The position numbers were made by a program, and so were the translations under genes. The notes beneath the pieces were generated by a model. The model was not told the DNA's origin. It made no database searches and was given only the letters and a program-made list of their open reading frames with translations. DNA of 64,000 nt from Flaccisagitta enflata (Eukaryota). How positions within the stretch are numbered: position 1 is the stretch's first letter; each line of letters opens with the position of its first letter. Positions 14,307-27,167 of the stretch are shown one piece after another. The stretch spans positions 38,006,001 through 38,070,000 of the forward strand of contig OZ231126.1 of the NCBI GenBank assembly GCA_965153355.1. The letters are read 5' to 3'.

Positions 14307-15865
14307 GCTCTGAATTTGAATTCAACTGCGTGTAAGAAAGTAACGCTACAGCCAAACGCCAGCATCTACATTGCCGTTAGTATATCCAATAGGAAGAACA
14401 TGAAAATCTGCTTTGGATGGCGTTGGAAAAACAATAGATAAAAGCAACTACAATTTTTTATATCAATATTAAAGACATGATATCTGAGACAATTTCCTGT
14501 TCATACGCTCAGAGTAAAAGTTCAGGCACTAAAAGGTCAACTATAGCGGAGACATTTGAATTGTTTTTTAAACTAAAGCATTTCATTTAAAATATGGTCA
14601 ATCTTTTTATCACTGATGTCATTCATCAGGTTTGGGAGATATTTCACTTTTCTTTCTAGATCTACTTCCTTACTCGTATGAAGATGCATGTAAAGGGGAA
14701 TTTTAAGGTGCATTTTTCATCGTCTCTGTTGCTGTCTCACTATGTTGTAGTGAGTTATGCACAGGCGTACTCTCACTAAAACATTTTTTTTTCACTGCAC
14801 TAAATTGGGTGACACAGCATGCTGCACATAGTCGGAGTCACAATAGGCGCAGAAATGCACTCTCTGCGCACCTGTGTATCTGTCCATTTATTTGTTGGTT
14901 TGAAAGGTCAACTCTGATCAGATCCCAGTGGAGGCGAGTTTTCAAAAAAAGCTATAGGATAAGTGTTGATTTTTTTCTGACTTTTTTTATTAGGAAAAGT
15001 ACAGGTTGTTTCACATCAAATGAAATATAAGAAAACAATGTAATTCTGCTTCTAAAAGTGGAAAAACAATTCTGAAAAAAGATTCAAAGAGCTCTTAAGC
15101 TCCGATTTTTCATGTAAAAATATCATTGGTCTAAGTCAAATAGTTTGGCCACAATATAGATTTGAAGTAAAATGACCTATTACAGTCAATGTTTTTTCTG
15201 TCCTGGAAGTTTTTCTTTAAATTACTCTCATGTCCAAACGGTTTAAGCTACCAATGCCAGATTGAACTCATATGAAAGAAAATTTGAATATCTTTAAATT
15301 GAGACCAATCTGGGATCTGTAGGTTAAGCCGTTTAAAAATGAGAACAATTTAAAGAAAAATATTTGAGACAAAAAAAAATGAATAGCTGTAAATATTCAA
15401 TTTACTTCAAATCATTGTTGTGGCCAAAATATTTAACTAGGACCCATGAACTTTTTACATAAACAAGCCCAACAGGCCAACAGTCGCGTGCTAAGTTACA
15501 CAAAACTACACAACTTCATACTACACACAACTACATAACTTCATACCACATACTTAACATACTACATACTTACTACATACTTACATACTACATACTTACT
15601 TACATACTTACATGCTTACATTATTTCATACTTACCTAATTACATACTTACATATTTACATACTTACATACATAGATACTTACATACATAGATACTTACT
15701 TACCATCTCAGACTAAATATGGTAAAAGAGATTAGCTCTTGTTTTCTAGTTTAGTGATTATAGCGAGCGTTCCGAAGAGACGAATTATTTTCTCGAAAGT
15801 TTTATGATGGAAAGAAATTGTAAAAAAATAATTTCACCACCAAATACATGTTGGACTGAACTACG

Positions 15866-16290
15866 ATGGCGGGAATCGTGGATTTGTTAATCGGTAAGGA
15901 GATTTCTAGAGACAAGATAAGTGGTGGAAGGACCTTATCGATTTTTGCTTTTTTTATAAAATATAATAAAAGGCAACAACTCTACAGATTTGACCGAATC
16001 TGACAACGAAGCAAGTGCTGACGAAGGCGGATGCGGCAATGGCGACGTTGACCCTGACGCTACGCTGCCCTATGTGGATCTGGATGCAACTTTGGCCTAC
16101 TCCGTCTCTGAAGCGATTGTCAGCAACCCTCCGAATGCTAACGTCGACACCTCTGTCTCTGAAGCACGCGTCGACACGACCCATCACGGAAGCTTTTGTT
16201 TACAACTCAGTTGCCAATGCGATCGTCAACGAGATTATCTCTGATACAATCGTGTTCAGATTTTGGATTGACGAAACTGAAGGAAAGCAC
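15866..16290 (+). pseudogene. Spliced gene fragment: exon 1 (15866-15893) and exon 2 from 15988, MAGIVDLLIDLTESDNEASADEGG...; probable frameshift near 16178
   Basis: ATG, donor G|gtaagg, 94-nt intron and acceptor ctctacag|AT are phase-1 compatible. The repeated peptide SVSEAxV continues as PITEAFV in a shifted frame. Confidence 0.55.
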
Positions 16291-16739
16291 AACTATCATC
16301 GAGGCTTGATCAACCATTCGATAGTTATGATTCCACTAAACCCACTTTTATACACGCAGAGAGCGAGAGCGCGAGAGCGAGAGCGCAAGAGCGAGAGCGA
16401 GAGAGCGAGAGAGCGAGAGAGCAAGAGCGAGACAGACAGATAGACACATTGTTTGTACTGCAAAATTCCACCCTCGATTGCTTCAAAGCCTCTATGATAG
16501 CCGGTGCTGGTGCAAAAAGTACGTGTCAACTGCAACGAAACGGACGTCGTGCGTATCAGTTGGACGCATACTCGTCCCGTGGCGCCGTTCGCAGAGAGCA
16601 TCCCTGATGAAACGCTTGCGAATGAAGGTTAAATCGGAATATCGATCGAAAACCACGAAGATGTCGCTGAAATTGGTGTCGGTCCGACGTGCAAAAATAA
16701 TAACTCCATGGAACAAATGCCGCTTCGGTACTGCATTAC

Positions 16740-16828
<89 letters not shown>

Positions 16829-18351
16829 CTTCGCTACTATTCTCATACACTTTTTTTTCTAATAAGAACGTCACTTTTTAGGCAAGTATTCAATGTTCTC
16901 AATGCTCTTAGTTTTAAAGCTTTAATGTTCTCAAATAATTTTTAAATCAAGAGCAACTTTAAACCTTTATTCAAGAAGGTTCTTAATTTCAGTATGTTTT
17001 CTGAGAGAAAATGAAGGAAAATGTCAATGAAACCACAAAGCAGCAAGTTCAAATAGTTTAAGTGAAAGTCAAGAACAGTGAAACTAGGTTCTTAAAAGAA
17101 AATAAAAAAGTGTATGTCGCATATTTGCCATTTGTTTTTGTGAATTTTGTGCTTGAGATTGAGTCTGTTCATCTTATGCATCTTATATGGCGCATGTGTC
17201 AGACTCACGGTTTTGTCTGTCCGTCCATTGGTCTGTCTGTGAGGATCGAGTTGGAAAGTGTAGAAACGCGTTTTGCTGCTTTGCATTTGTACAGACAACC
17301 CTGAGATTCCATCAGACTTAAAATTCTTGACAACTTGATTTCAGGGAAAGAGAGGTATCGGAAGCCTGGAAAGCTCGTTCTTCTTTGGACCCTCAAGATA
17401 TCCTCATCACATCATCCAACACAAAATTTCAGGTCCTAATCTTTCTTTACCCAGCATCCATCACAGGTCATACGTGGAGACACACTCGAAATGACGCTGA
17501 CGTTTCATATCATTCTTTTGCCTATTTGCCTGTTGTTAAATTTCTGCAGCCTGGTATGGAATACCCAAAAGGGAGATTTTTGAGTGACTCATATTGCAAA
17601 AGTCGGGAATATCCTTTAACCCTGCTTACCTTATACATAAAGGTTATTTTTTTCATATAAACTATTCAAAATATTATTAAAAAAAAAACTGAACAAAAAA
17701 ATATTCAGGGGTGCATATAGTTCTATGATCATTGATCCTCTTCCCCACAATGCGTCACATTACATTAAAAAATCTATGATTTTCTTGCTCAGATAGCTAT
17801 TAAACAATGTTTTCAAGGTTTAAATAGTGGCAAATTGTGTTTTACTAATCAGTATTTATGATTTGGTACTGCCAATAATTTCATTTTTATTAAATTTTTT
17901 TTTTTTTGCTTTTTTTTCCGCTCTTAAATTTTTTCCTCCACCTCTAAACCCTTAAATTATTCCCCCCCCCTCTTTCCCACTGTACACAGTCCTGAAATTT
18001 TTCCTTCTCATTGATTTCTGTTGATAGCTTCAATCTTAACTCAAAAAAAGAAAATTAGATGATTTTAGATATCAAAATGATCTCCAAGATTTTTTTTTCT
18101 GTATCATATAAGCAGGGTAAAGGGATACTCTCCACTTTTGCTATATGAAGCACCCAAGCCAAGGACTGGTTTTAGAGGGGAAGCGAGATCAAGTTGGGAT
18201 TGGGAAATAACGAGGCCAAGTAGGCCAGTAAGGTGCGACATATGGATCGTCGAATGAATGCGTTACCCTACCAACCGACCGACCGAATGACGGACACAGC
18301 CAGTTATAGAGGGGCTTTGTCGCACCTAAAAATCGCTGTACATCAATGTTA

Positions 18352-18939
18352 CATGGTGTTTCATGCCAAAATAGAAAAAGAAAACGATGCCATTCTGCTT
18401 CTAAAAATACAAACATAGTTCTGGAAACAGGTTTAAAGAGCACTTAAGCTCCGATTTTTTGTGTAAAAATTCCAAGGGTTTGGGTCAAATATCTTGGTCA
18501 CAACATCAAATTAAAGTAAAATGAGCATTTTTAGGAGATGCTCTTTTAACATAATTTTGATTTTAAAATTTTTTCCTTTAAGTGCTCTCACTTCTAAACG
18601 GCTTGAGTTATAGATGTCAGATTGGTCTCAAATTGAAGCTTATCAAATTTTCTTTAATTTGAAACCAATCTGGCATCTGTGGCTCAAACCGATAAGAAAT
18701 GAGAGCACTTCAAAGAAGAATCTTCAAAATCAAAATCATGTTAAAAAAGCCTCTCCTTTAAATGCTCATTTTACTTCAAATTGATGTTGTGGCCAAGATA
18801 ATTGACCTAAACCCATGAAATTTTTATACAAAAAATCAGAGTTTGAGTGCTCTTTGAACCTTTTTTCAGAACTTTTTTTGCATTTTTAGAAGCAGAATGG
18901 CATCGTTTTCTTATATCTAATTTGGCATGAAACACCCTG
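18352..18939. mobile_element. Near-palindromic Tc1/mariner-type MITE
   Basis: TIR CAKGGTGTTTCATGCCAAA with TA flanks. Confidence 0.88.
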
Positions 18940-19436
18940 TATATATCTAGTTTGTATTGGGAGGTCGCTTCCGGTTGGTGCGGGGTGAGAGAGAGCGATG
19001 GACACAGAAAGACAGACAGACACAGACAGAATCATTTACAGATAATTTCCGTATTGCATCCTGCTTCATTGTTGTATTTCTTGTTCTTTCGAAACAAATA
19101 AAAATCTCATCTCATACAAATATTATTGTGTTATGCTAGAATTTATTTTAGCCTCCTTAGTCAGTGTCCCGTGGGGAGGTGGGGAAATTCGTTGGAAGGC
19201 AGGGGTTACTGTATGTAAAAGAGGCTATTGCAAGATCAGTGATAGGGGAAAAACCTGCTGCCAGTTAGTCAGACTTCGATTAGCTTCAGACGCAACAGTT
19301 AGTTAGATTGGTCCCGGACTTAGAAAAAAAGTGAGCAATTTTGTCCGGAGAACTGTAAAGGCGGTTTTTCCGAAAAGGTGCAGCAGAGATGCAGCCAAGG
19401 TTCAAACTAGAAATACAAGCGCTTAGCTGAGATGCC

Positions 19437-20963
19437 ATACGTACATACATACATACATACATAAATACGTACATACATACATACATACTTAATTACATAC
19501 TTACATACTACATACTTACATACATACTACATACTTACATACTTACATACATACTTACATACTTACATACTTACATACTTACATACTTACATACTTACTT
19601 ACATACATACTTACTTACTTACGTACATACATACATACATAAATACGTACATACATACATACATACTTACATACATACATACTTACATACTTACATACTT
19701 ACATACTTACATACTTACATACATACATACTTACTTACATACTTACTTACATACTTACTTACATACCTACATACTTACATACTTACTTACATACATACAT
19801 ACTTACTTACTTACATACTTACCTGCATACTCACATACTTACACACTTACCTACTAACATACTTACATACATACTTACTTACATACATACTTACATACTT
19901 ACTTACCTACATACTCACATACTTACATACTTACATACTTACATACTTACATACTTACATACTTACTTACATACTTACTTACATACTTACATACTTACAT
20001 ACTTACTTACATACTTACTTACATACTTACATACACACATACTTACATACTTACCTACTTACATACTTACATACATACTTACTTACATACTTACCTACAC
20101 ACTTACATACTTACCTACATACTTACTTACATACTTACATACTTACATACTTACATACTTACTTACATACTTACATACTTACTTACATACTTACATACAT
20201 ACATACATACATACATACTTACTTACATACTTACTTACATACTTACATACCTACATACTTACTTACATACTTACATACTTACCTGCATACTCACATACTT
20301 ACACACTTACCTACTAACATACTTACATACATACTTACTTACATACTTACATACTTACATACTTACTTACCTACATACTCACATACTTACATACTTACAT
20401 ATTTACATACTTACATACTTACATACTTACTTACATACTTTCATACTTACTTACATACTTACATACTTACTTACATACTTACTTACTTACATACTTACAT
20501 ACTCACATACTTACATACTTACCTACTTACATACTTACATACATACTTACTTACTTACATACTTACCTACACACTTACATACTTACCTACATACTTACAT
20601 ACTTACATACTTACATACATACTTACATACTTACATACTTACATACTTACATACTTACATACATACATACATACTTACATACCTACATAATTACTTACAT
20701 ACTTACTTACATACTTACATACCCACCTACATACTCACATACTTACATACTTACCTACTTACATACTTACATAAATACTTACATAATTACCAACATACTT
20801 ACATACTTACCTACATACTTACATACTTACGTACTTACATACTTACATACTTACATACTTACTTACATACTTACATACTTACATACTTACATACATACTT
20901 ACATACTTACATACTTACATACATACTTACATACTTACATACTTACATACTTACATACTTACT
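19437..20963. repeat. ACAT/ACTT (ACATACTT) compound microsatellite, 1.5 kb
   Basis: Direct inspection. Confidence 0.97.
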
Positions 20964-22065
20964 TGTTTAAAATGGTAAAAATGGTAAAAATCTTAAAGAT
21001 ATTGTGTGTCCCAAAAAAAGTTACATTCTGAACCAATAACGAGTGTCCAATAAAAAGTTGACAAAATACCCAAAATACCAAAAAATACCCAAAAAACATA
21101 AAAATACCCGTAAATACTTAAAAATACTCAAAAGTACCCAAAAATATCTGAAAGTACCTTAAAATACCTTACATACCTAAAAAAAATTAAGTATCCTAAA
21201 GTACCCTGAAGTACCCTAAAGTACCCTGAAATACCCTAGAGTACCTTAAAATACCTTAAAAAACCTTAAAAAGTCATAATTTTAACAATGTGACGGACGG
21301 ACGGACGGACGGACCTACCGACGGACCGACACGGTAAGGTGTAGAGTCGCGTGCACGCGACTAAAAATCGGTGCTTAAGAGCTCTTTGAATCTTTTTTCA
21401 GAACTGCTTTCTCATTTTTAGAATCAGAATGACACTGTTTTCTTCTATCTCATTTGATGTGAAACACCTTGTATGTAGAACATCTAAACCAATAGGGCAG
21501 AACATTTTTGATTTCCACAACGTTATTCAGCATCCTCATTTTACTTGGTGAACTGAAATTCTAATATGAGCGAGCTTTTTTTTCTTGCTGTTTTCCAACC
21601 CAAGGCTAGAATTTCTGAATCTGAACATGATAGTTTAGAGATAGGCTAAGAAAGGAAGATCTAATTAGTTCAGGATATTAGGTTAAAATTTTTTCAATTT
21701 TTTTCTTATTTGCTAACTTTACCAAATTTGGCAATTTGGTGTATATTTAGATGCTCTTTTATAGTTACTATAAGCAGATCTAAGCTGAAAGATAAACAGG
21801 TTGCTGCAAATTGCTGCAAATTGCTGCCAATATTGAAATATTTTGCTGCAAGTAACTATAACCTTAAAAAAAGTAGAGTTAAAGTCACTAAACTTTGAAT
21901 AAAACTACATAATTATATCAGCCACTATCTGGTAAAATTTCAGGATTGTTCAGCAAATCTATTAGCTGCAGCATCTTGCTGAACAAGGCCAACACCTATA
22001 CGTCGCATGCGAGACTTGTGGAATAACTTAAAATGATTCAGTATACCTTAAATTCTTTTGTTTAC

Positions 22066-22300
22066 ACTCCCTGATGTCGATGATCTGATCAAAAATATTA
22101 TTGCATATTGACACACCCGAACGCCCCGCTCTGTAATTTTTCTTGCGAGATTCTGCCCCAATGCTGACAAATAGCTAAAGCAAAGTCCTCTTTGGGATCA
22201 CATCAAGGAATATCAAACTGCAAAGGTAATTGTAAAAGGTGTATGTCCGGTCAATGACCCAGCGGGGCGCCTATGCGCTATAGCAAAGAAATACCGGGTG
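22066..22300 (+). pseudogene. Degenerate C-terminal fragment of a DDE transposase (hATm-like)
   Basis: Translates TPRSVIFLARFCPNADK*LKQSPLWDHIKEYQTAKVIVKGVCPVNDPAGRLCAIAKKY, resembling the W...Y...VVNDxAER motif. The family assignment is from recall. Confidence 0.5.
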
Positions 22301-22392
22301 TTTACAAGAAAAGTAATGTTATCATGAAAGATGCATTTTCATCTTTATTTCTTTAGTCAACCTTGTAGCCATCTATTCATTTATCAATTTTT

Positions 22393-22721
22393 AATCGCGT
22401 GCACGCGACTCTACACCCCGCTTTGTTGGTCTGTCCGTCTGTCTGTCCATCCGTCGGTTGGTCAGTCCGTCCATCCGTCCGTCCGTCTGTCACACTTTAC
22501 TTTTTTTGTTATATAACGTCAACTCTTAGGTCATTTTAGGTTTTTTTTAGTCATCATTAGTTATTCTTAGACATTTTGAGTCATTCCAAGTCATTTTTAG
22601 TCATACTAAGTCATTTTAAGTTATTCTAAGTCAATTTTGGTCATTTTAAGTCATTTTAAGTCATTCTAAGTCATTCTTAGTCTTTAGGTCTCGCACGTGA
22701 CTTTTAGGTGTTGGCCTTGTT
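22393..22721 (+). mobile_element. HINE family A
   Basis: Terminal motifs, GTCC microsatellite and 10-bp array. Confidence 0.8.
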
Positions 22722-22964
22722 GAATTCAAGGATAGCACACAAGTTCTTAACTTAAAATCGTCGGAACCTTTATGTTCGCAAGCTTTGCATACCAATTCAT
22801 GGTAGAATGCACCAAAAAAAAATTGGAGGTCATTGGAGGTTGGGAAGTTGGCGCCGCCACCCCCCTTTCCCCCCCCCTGCTAAATCAGTGGTTGTTGCGA
22901 TCGTTTTTGTCATTGGTTTGGGCATTCATTCATTTGCTTATTCATTTATTTGTTTGTTTTTTTT

Positions 22965-23300
22965 ATTTGCAGGGGGGTAGTCAACACTTGCAGGGGGGTA
23001 GTCAACACTTGCATTGGGGTAGTTAACACTTGCAGGGGGGTAGCTGACACTTGAAGGGGCTAGTCAACAATTGCGGGAGGTAGTCGACCCTTGCGGGGGT
23101 AGTTGACACTTGTGGGGGTAAATCAATACTTGCAGGGGGTAGTCAATACTTGCAGGGGGTAGTTAACACATGTAGGGGGTAGTTGACACATGGGGGGTAG
23201 TTGACACTTGTGGGGGCTAGTCCACACTTGCAAGGGATAATCCACACTTGCGAGGGATAGTTTGCACTTGCGAGGGATAGTCCACTTATGCAGGGGGTGA
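22965..23300. repeat. 20-bp minisatellite GCAGGGGGTAGTCAACACTT
   Basis: Tandem copies; a second array lies at 29317-30230. Confidence 0.9.
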
Positions 23301-23339
23301 TTTTCAGTAGAGAACTTTAGTCTTCATTGTCGGATGATA

Positions 23340-24270
23340 AGACGATGCATGGATATTGAGGGGGGGTAGCAATGGGAGGCGGGGTGGAAGTTGATGAAGA
23401 TGGTGATAGTGGCGAGGAGGAAGAGGAAGTCAAAAGAGGAAGAGGAGGCGCGGTCCCGATCAGGGGTAGTAGGTGTACAGGGCATAGGAGGCCATAGATT
23501 GTGGACCCAGGCAGGCGTGGAAGGAAGACATGAAGAGTGGGAGGTCGTGGGTGAAGGTTGAGACAGCGGCGGAAAAGGAGCGCAAGGAGAAGGAGGAGGA
23601 GGCTCTGGAGGAGGTTTTGGGGAGGGGAGGCAGGGCCACGGGCTTTTCGAGAGTTGGGAGGGAGGAGGAGGGGGAGGAGGCGGCGAAGGAGGCAGCGGAG
23701 GAAGAGAAGACGGGAGATCAATGGGAGGGAGGTGTGAAAAAGACGATGTTGAGGAAAGGAAGTGAGCAGCATGGACAGGGTTGGACCATAAGTCGATCTT
23801 GTAGAGCTGTGAAGGGTGGGAGGCGCACTCAAAGAGATGGGCAGTGACCTGTGGGGCAGCACAGCAATCCGGGCAAAGATCGTCACCGGAGCCACTAACA
23901 ACAACTTCATAAGATTTAAGGGCATGGCAGAAACCCAAACAGAGTTGCTTCAAATTCAACCGCCAGGGCCGAGGAAGCGATTTCTCCGAGTCTTAAACAG
24001 GTGGGGGCCAATTATTTAGAACCCTGTTGGGATTGGCGTCCATTTCGTCACTAGCGACTGCAACAGCCGAGGTATGAAGGTCGGAGATGATTGAACCGAG
24101 GTTGCTGAGTGGGATCTGGCCATGTCTTTTGACAAGGGCGACGACAACCGGGTACTCTTGCTCGCGAAACAACGCCCGTGGCGAAGTGGATGGTTACGTG
24201 GCGTGGCAACTTTACGTGGCCACTTGGGTCTCATAGTCAAGTGGCCACAGGGGCTGGACAACACTTGTCA
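23340..24270 (-). mobile_element. 5'-truncated non-LTR retrotransposon, I group (Ingi/Vingi-like), ORF C-terminus
   Basis: LHTSAV...PNRVLNNWPPPV*DSEKSLPRPWRLNLKQLCLGFCHALKSY...CPDCCAAPQVTAHLFEC...DLWSNP, a CCHC knuckle with typical flanking motifs and one in-frame stop. Confidence 0.8.
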
Positions 24271-24295
24271 ACACTTGCTGACCAACAGTCTATGG

Positions 24296-24395
24296 CGACA
24301 CCAAGTCATGACGCCAAGTCATGACTTGGTGTCATGACGCCAAGTTATGACGCCAAGTCATGACGCCAAGTCATGACGCCAAGTCATGACACCAT
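24296..24395. repeat. 13-bp tandem repeat GACGCCAAGTCAT with one inverted unit
   Basis: Direct inspection. Confidence 0.85.
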
Positions 24396-24589
24396 ATCAC
24401 ATAACTAATTCATGACTTCTCACTATGAAAACACTTCTAAGTAAGGTGCCACTGAGTCACTGGGCCATAAACAAAAATACAACACAATAGGTTTTCTTTT
24501 TAAGAAAGCTTTTGACACAAAATCCAAACTAAATTGCAAAAAGTAATGGTCTGTCTGTCTATCGACTTGTCGGTCTGTCTGTTTATCTA

Positions 24590-24678
<89 letters not shown>

Positions 24679-25632
24679 CTCATTTTCTGTGTCACACCAA
24701 CTGAGGGCCATCGCAATATGCGGAGTCGCGTGCACTCACACAAACAAACACACATACACGCACACACATACACACACACACACACATAAACACACACACA
24801 CACACACACACATAAACACAAACACACATGTACACAAGTATGAACTTTCACAGTTTCACTAACTATATAGCTAAGAAAAAAAACAAACAACTTGATTTGC
24901 TTGTTTCTATTGAACCAAAGGCTACAACCATAGAAAAGCCATGACCATTTGAAAGATTTTCAAAAAATCTTTTTATCCGACATCGCAGGTATGTAGCTTT
25001 ATTCCAGGGGTGTGTAAAATTGAGTCACCTTTGACCCCCCCCCCCCTTTCCGCGTTTGATTTTCTTCCCGATGACGCATTGTGTCGCCTTATAAAATCTA
25101 TGATTCTCTTCCCCTTAAAGCAATAAAACAGTGTATTTGAGGATTGATCAGTTATGATAGGTGTTTTACTGATCAGTTTTTAGTCACATGGTATGCAACT
25201 CTACACCCCGCTATGTTGGTCTATTGGTCAGTCAGTCAGTTGGTTTTAGGGGAAACCAAGAAAATATTGTTAGTTTTTGGGAATAGAATTATATTTTTGA
25301 ATTTCTTTTAAAAACAAAATAGGATATATTGCAGCATAGAATTATAAAATTTTAAGATTCATAGCAAACATTGAGACAACAAGGCCGGATACACGGCTAC
25401 GCCAGTTCTGTGCGGGTGAGCAGGGGCCATAATTGAGGTGTGTGAAACATTTGGGCAGGAGCAATGAGGCCAAAACCCCCATTAACACCAAAAAAGTAAA
25501 GTGTGACGGACCAACGGACCGACGGACCGACGGACCAACGGACCAACAAAGCGGGGTGTAGAGTGGCTCAATTTTGATCCCTAAATATTTTAGTTACAAA
25601 AAATATATCATGACAAAATCAGAAAGAGAGAA

Positions 25633-25685
<53 letters not shown>

Positions 25686-27167
25686 TATGAAAACAATATC
25701 CCTCACTATACCCAAACTGTATAAACCACTCAATAATTACTTTCGTACATGCATCCTGCTATCAGCCTGAACAAAAACACAAACAATTGATGAAGCCATG
25801 TTTAGTAAATATTAGGCAAACGCAAAAGCAAGTGTGAGCGAACACCACAAAGAATTAAAAAAAAAAAATCTTGAACTTGAAGAGAGTCAACTGCTAGAAC
25901 TTTACCTGTCAAGTAAAGATTCGGGCAACTCGTGGTTTCAGAAAATTTTCCTGTGTATAACAGCGGTTAAACGGCGTCTGTTATCTTGTCCCAAAGTAGG
26001 GAACCTATCAACCATATGACCAAATTGAATTGGCTTATGTTACTAGTTTTACTAGCAGGCGTGCTTTTTAGTCGCGTGCACGCAACTCTATAACCCACTC
26101 TGTCACTTTGCTTTTTTCGACGTTTTACGCCATTTTAAAACATTTTAAGTCATTTTAAGTTGTTAAAAGTTAATCTAAGTCAATTTACATTTAGTCTCTT
26201 AGTCTTTTGGTCTTTTAATCTTTTGGTCTCATGGTCTTAATAACCGCATGCGACTGTAAGGTATTGGCCTTGTTCTTCTTTCCTTCCGAGTAGCTTATAT
26301 TTTCCCTTTGAACATTCCAACTTGTCTATCATATCCTTGTCATAAAGGCTAGTTACCGTGAGCGGTGAAATATTGAATATGAGTTTTCTAGGCTAACGGT
26401 TCTTAAAAAATGCAACCCAGTTGTTTCAAACCGCGCACTGACAAGAATATGCCCAAACAAAGATGCATTTGCCATACCCTGAGTAACAAGATGATCATGG
26501 TCCCTCCATATCTCAAAAGTGATATGAGGAGCTGATTTGCATATTGCAGTAGCAAGATTTTTTTCAGTATTTATTACAACGTAACATCGTCTCAGATTCA
26601 TCAACACCCAACTTAGTTGTGTGTTGCATTTCTAAGTTACCGAATAAAAATCCTTGATTGTAAAGATCGTTTTGATTGCGTCACATTAAAGAATGTTGAT
26701 GAAGATTGTTCTGAGTCTCAATTCTAGTCAAATTTACAAGGTCAAGAGCTTCAGTTAGCATCATTGTGTCATGGTGTCTGGTGAACAAACAGAAACCTTC
26801 TGGATTACCTTCTGGGGGCATTTTTAGATGGCGGGGGATCTATCCCGCCCAGAAACTATTGGTGTTAGGTAAATATGAAAGTCTGGAGGATCTTCAATAG
26901 TCATAGAAGCTGAAGGAAGTAAAGAGTCAAAGACTGAGCAAGTGAAACGGGATGGAAGTAGATTCTATGTACCTTGTTCCCGATTGTTTTTTCTATATTC
27001 TTCACTATTTTTTTTTCTTCCTCTCCTTCTTTTTCTCTTTCTCTTTTTCTTTCTCTTTCTCTTTTTCATTTTTTTTTTCTTATTCTTCTTCTTCGATCTT
27101 CCGAGAGGCGCCCATATCATTCCGAGTGGCGGCGCCACCCGCTAGTCCATAAAAAGCACGCCTGCTT

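Larger units (their letters stand above)
15704..19436. mobile_element. TIR element of unknown superfamily carrying a spliced gene fragment
   Basis: Left CATCTCAGACTAA..AGCTCTTGTTTTCTAGTTT versus right (reverse complement) GGCATCTCAGCTAAGCGCTTGTATTTCTAGTTT. It interrupts the ACATACTT array and has no clear TSD. Confidence 0.6.
15462..21362 (-). mobile_element. HINE family A expanded to 5.9 kb
   Basis: 5' palindrome at 21345-21362 and 3' end (minus strand GCACGCGACTGTTGGCCTGTTGGGCTTGTT) at 15462. An ACATACTT array lies on both sides of an internal insertion. Confidence 0.75.
15002..21471. mobile_element. Tc1/mariner-type MITE split by a 5.9-kb insertion
   Basis: TIRs CAGGTTGTTTCACATCAAATGA / TCATTTGATGTGAAACACCTTG with TA flanks. 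The halves rejoin across 15461/21363 and match the intact relative at 18352-18939. Confidence 0.8.

Noticed and set aside
14335-14440. Minus-strand TNGNVDAGVW resembling the Ulp1 Q..N..DCG motif, with NNWVAF near 26420
   Set aside because: Both catalytic residues are absent, frameshifts are needed and the pieces are 12 kb apart. Too weak without an HMM search.
16275-16290. Possible non-canonical GA donor (GAAG|gaaagc)
   Set aside because: A single instance in a probably decayed gene; a mutated GT is as likely.
16500-16630. FN3-like reading PVLVQKVRVNCNETDVVRISW
   Set aside because: Several frames look equally plausible and there is an in-frame stop, so no domain call is supportable.
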